Of a stretch of 64,000 nucleotides of DNA, positions 62,636 through 64,000 are shown piece by piece (within the stretch, counting starts at the first letter, position 1; every line of letters begins with the position of its first letter). The position numbers and the translations under genes were made by a program. The stretch covers positions 1 to 64,000 of the IMG/VR virus record IMGVR_UViG_3300038441_001119. One strand, written 5' to 3'. The notes beneath the pieces were generated by a model. It did no database searches and was not told the DNA's origin. It saw only the letters and a list, made by a program, of their open reading frames with translations.

Positions 62636-62891
62636 AGCGTTTGGATGAGGGTTGAGGTAAATTTCTCCATTCTTTGTAGGAAAGGTTACCGGGGTTACCT
62701 GTGTGCTTTGTCCAAGCCTCGTATCGTTCCACGTCCCACTTGGTTACCTTCAGGTAATAGGCGTACGGGACAACAGTAATGAGGATGAAGACTTCAATAG
62801 CCAATATGATCTTCAGCTTGGTCAGAGGATCCATTGATTTCTTGTTTTTACCTGCAGCCAATTTCTGACAGTGTACGCAGTTGTCTTTCAT
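62625..62891 (-). CDS. Small membrane protein
   Basis: Start MKDNC; TM helix; Y-x-AW-x-K-x-TGN...LSYKEW motif. Confidence 0.6.
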   Translation of the reverse strand: MKDNCVHCQKLAAGKNKKSMDPLTKLKIILAIEVFILITVVPYAYYLKVTKWDVERYEAWTKHTGNPGNLSYKEWRNLPQPSSKRCAH

Positions 62892-63145
62892 TTCTGTGGT
62901 CTCTTTGTGACTTTGACGTGGTGATTGCAGGTGTGCCTGACGAGGGCGAATGCTTTGCGGAGCGAGTCTGCAAATCCATCTGCGGCTTCCCTTGTCGTAA
63001 AGGCTTCCACTTCTGGTTGTATGTCGAACGACATCTCTCCATGACGGGAGGTCCACTCGACATAGAATAGATCGATAGCATCGACTTCCTTGGTGTTATT
63101 GGTTTCAGGGACGGTTAGTTTTTTGAATCTGAAGAATCGGAACAT
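62888..63145 (-). CDS. Hypothetical protein
   Basis: V-x-W-x-SRHG...E-x-EAF-x5-A-x2-F...L-x2-A motif. Confidence 0.7.
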   Translation of the reverse strand: MFRFFRFKKLTVPETNNTKEVDAIDLFYVEWTSRHGEMSFDIQPEVEAFTTREAADGFADSLRKAFALVRHTCNHHVKVTKRPQK

Positions 63146-63169
63146 GGTGTGAATTGAGAGTTAAAAGAA

Positions 63170-63200
63170 AAAGGGAAGGGACCCTCACGAGTCCCTTCCC
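63170..63200 (-). terminator. Intrinsic terminator
   Basis: GGGAAGGGA/TCCCTTCCC stem plus T-tract. Confidence 0.65.
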
Positions 63201-63209
63201 ACAAAAACG

Positions 63210-63617
63210 TTAAGCAGCTTTGGTCAAGACCTCCTTTCCAGCTACCAGCCATGCACGGACGTCGTCGCCAGTGTAGGTAGGTTTGCAACCATACGTACGC
63301 ACCATTTGAGCGATGCGTTGGATCTGTTTGGTCTCCAGTGTGGTAGCTTTCTGCTCGACAGTTTCGTAAGTCTTACCGCGAACAATAGCCAGAGCCAGCA
63401 ATGCTTCCCGTGCTGCAGTTCGAACCTCATTGACTCGATGCATACGCAGGTAGTTGTACTGATTCCAGCTGCTTGTTCGTTGTTCTTCCTTGCGGATTAC
63501 CATAGCTTCCAGCGCCAGCGATTTGATCTTGACCCGCAAGGCACACCTCCGATCCAATGGTTGGATAGTTGATGTCTTCTTACGGGCCTTTCTCTTATCG
63601 CGTGTCGCTGCTTTCAT
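63210..63617 (-). CDS. Basic helical hypothetical protein
   Basis: KIKSLA-x-EA-x2-IRKEE...HR-x2-EVR-x2-AR-x2-LLA...RG motif. Confidence 0.75.
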   Translation of the reverse strand: MKAATRDKRKARKKTSTIQPLDRRCALRVKIKSLALEAMVIRKEEQRTSSWNQYNYLRMHRVNEVRTAAREALLALAIVRGKTYETVEQKATTLETKQIQRIAQMVRTYGCKPTYTGDDVRAWLVAGKEVLTKAA

Positions 63618-63678
63618 GTTTTTGTTTTGGTCAATCTACGTTTTCATTGTGCGTAGTTCTCCTTTGTTCGTGGGAGAG

Positions 63679-63758
63679 TGGTGGAGTATTGCGGAGTTTA
63701 ACCGCCCTAGGGGTATTAAGAGGGGCTTCCCTCACCTAGTCGTACGAACTTATACCCC
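63679..63758 (-). ncRNA. 80-nt alanine-acceptor RNA resembling the tmRNA tRNA-like domain, without mRNA-like domain
   Basis: Acceptor GGGGUAU/AUACUCC with G3-U70, discriminator A, CCA; stemless D-loop ending CGAC; CUAGG/CCUAG helix capped by a short hairpin; T-arm GCGG-UUAAACU-CCGC. Confidence 0.75.
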
Positions 63759-63847
63759 AGAAAAAGTAGCCTCGAATTCCCGACATTATTGGGGCATACG
63801 GATAGGTCCCGAAGTCAAGCATCCTCGCATTCGACGACCTTTGGAAA

Positions 63848-64000
63848 TTATTTCTTGATAGTCTTGTTGGAGGTAACGGCCTTGGTGACGAGCTTGGCCA
63901 ACGCAAGAATCGAGGCAGGGGCAAGGGTCTGGCATTCCACCTTGACGGTACCGTCCGAGGCGACGACAGCCACGTAATCGCCAAGCTTCATGGTTGCCGC
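63848..64000 (-). CDS. Hypothetical protein, 3' part only (window edge)
   Basis: Open frame ...MKLGDYVAVVASDGTVKVECQTLAP...IKK-stop. Confidence 0.5.
   Translation of the reverse strand, partial: AATMKLGDYVAVVASDGTVKVECQTLAPASILALAKLVTKAVTSNKTIKK

Noticed and set aside
63760-63847. Hairpins upstream of the mini-tmRNA as a separate RNA or pseudoknot domain
   Set aside because: Only modest stems (AGGTC/GACCT, GTCGA/TTGAC); no acceptor or other defining feature
1-64000. CRISPR array or cas genes
   Set aside because: No regularly spaced direct repeats or Cas motifs found by eye
1-64000. Stop-codon reassignment
   Set aside because: Conserved genes (RNAP, Nampt, Prs, lysozyme) are full length in the standard code; no suppressor tRNA

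Overview
64-kb segment of a large lytic bacteriophage genome (jumbo-phage-like; no host housekeeping genes). Almost all genes are on the minus strand. Contents: (i) a tRNA/ncRNA operon at 0.7-1.4 kb with several non-canonical tRNA-like RNAs, a tRNA-Ile2(CAU) with an adjacent HNH gene at 30 kb, and an 80-nt alanine-acceptor RNA resembling the tRNA-like domain of tmRNA but with no mRNA-like domain at 63.7 kb; (ii) two separately encoded pieces of a multisubunit RNA polymerase beta' subunit about 52 kb apart, the C-terminal piece carrying two related inteins separated by a 9-residue extein in the trigger helix; (iii) about 35 kb of small accessory genes in operons headed by a conserved phage promoter motif (GYGYTATATAWWCTT-G, 11 copies), each followed by a 5' stem-loop; (iv) candidate counter-defence and metabolic genes: a Prs-like plus Nampt-like pair (NARP1-type NAD+ rebuilding), an Acb2/Tad1-like hairpin protein, dNMP kinase, NUDIX, metallophosphoesterase, a divergent DHFR-fold protein and a BCS1-like AAA ATPase; (v) a lysis cassette (lysozyme, holin, unimolecular-spanin-like lipoprotein, implying a diderm host); (vi) tail-fibre/spike genes, including one with an intact trypsin-like protease domain, next to a glycosyltransferase-pyruvyltransferase fusion. 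All calls were made by eye from motifs and base-pairing; no database searches were run. Many start codons were moved from the ORF track using operon packing and promoter positions.
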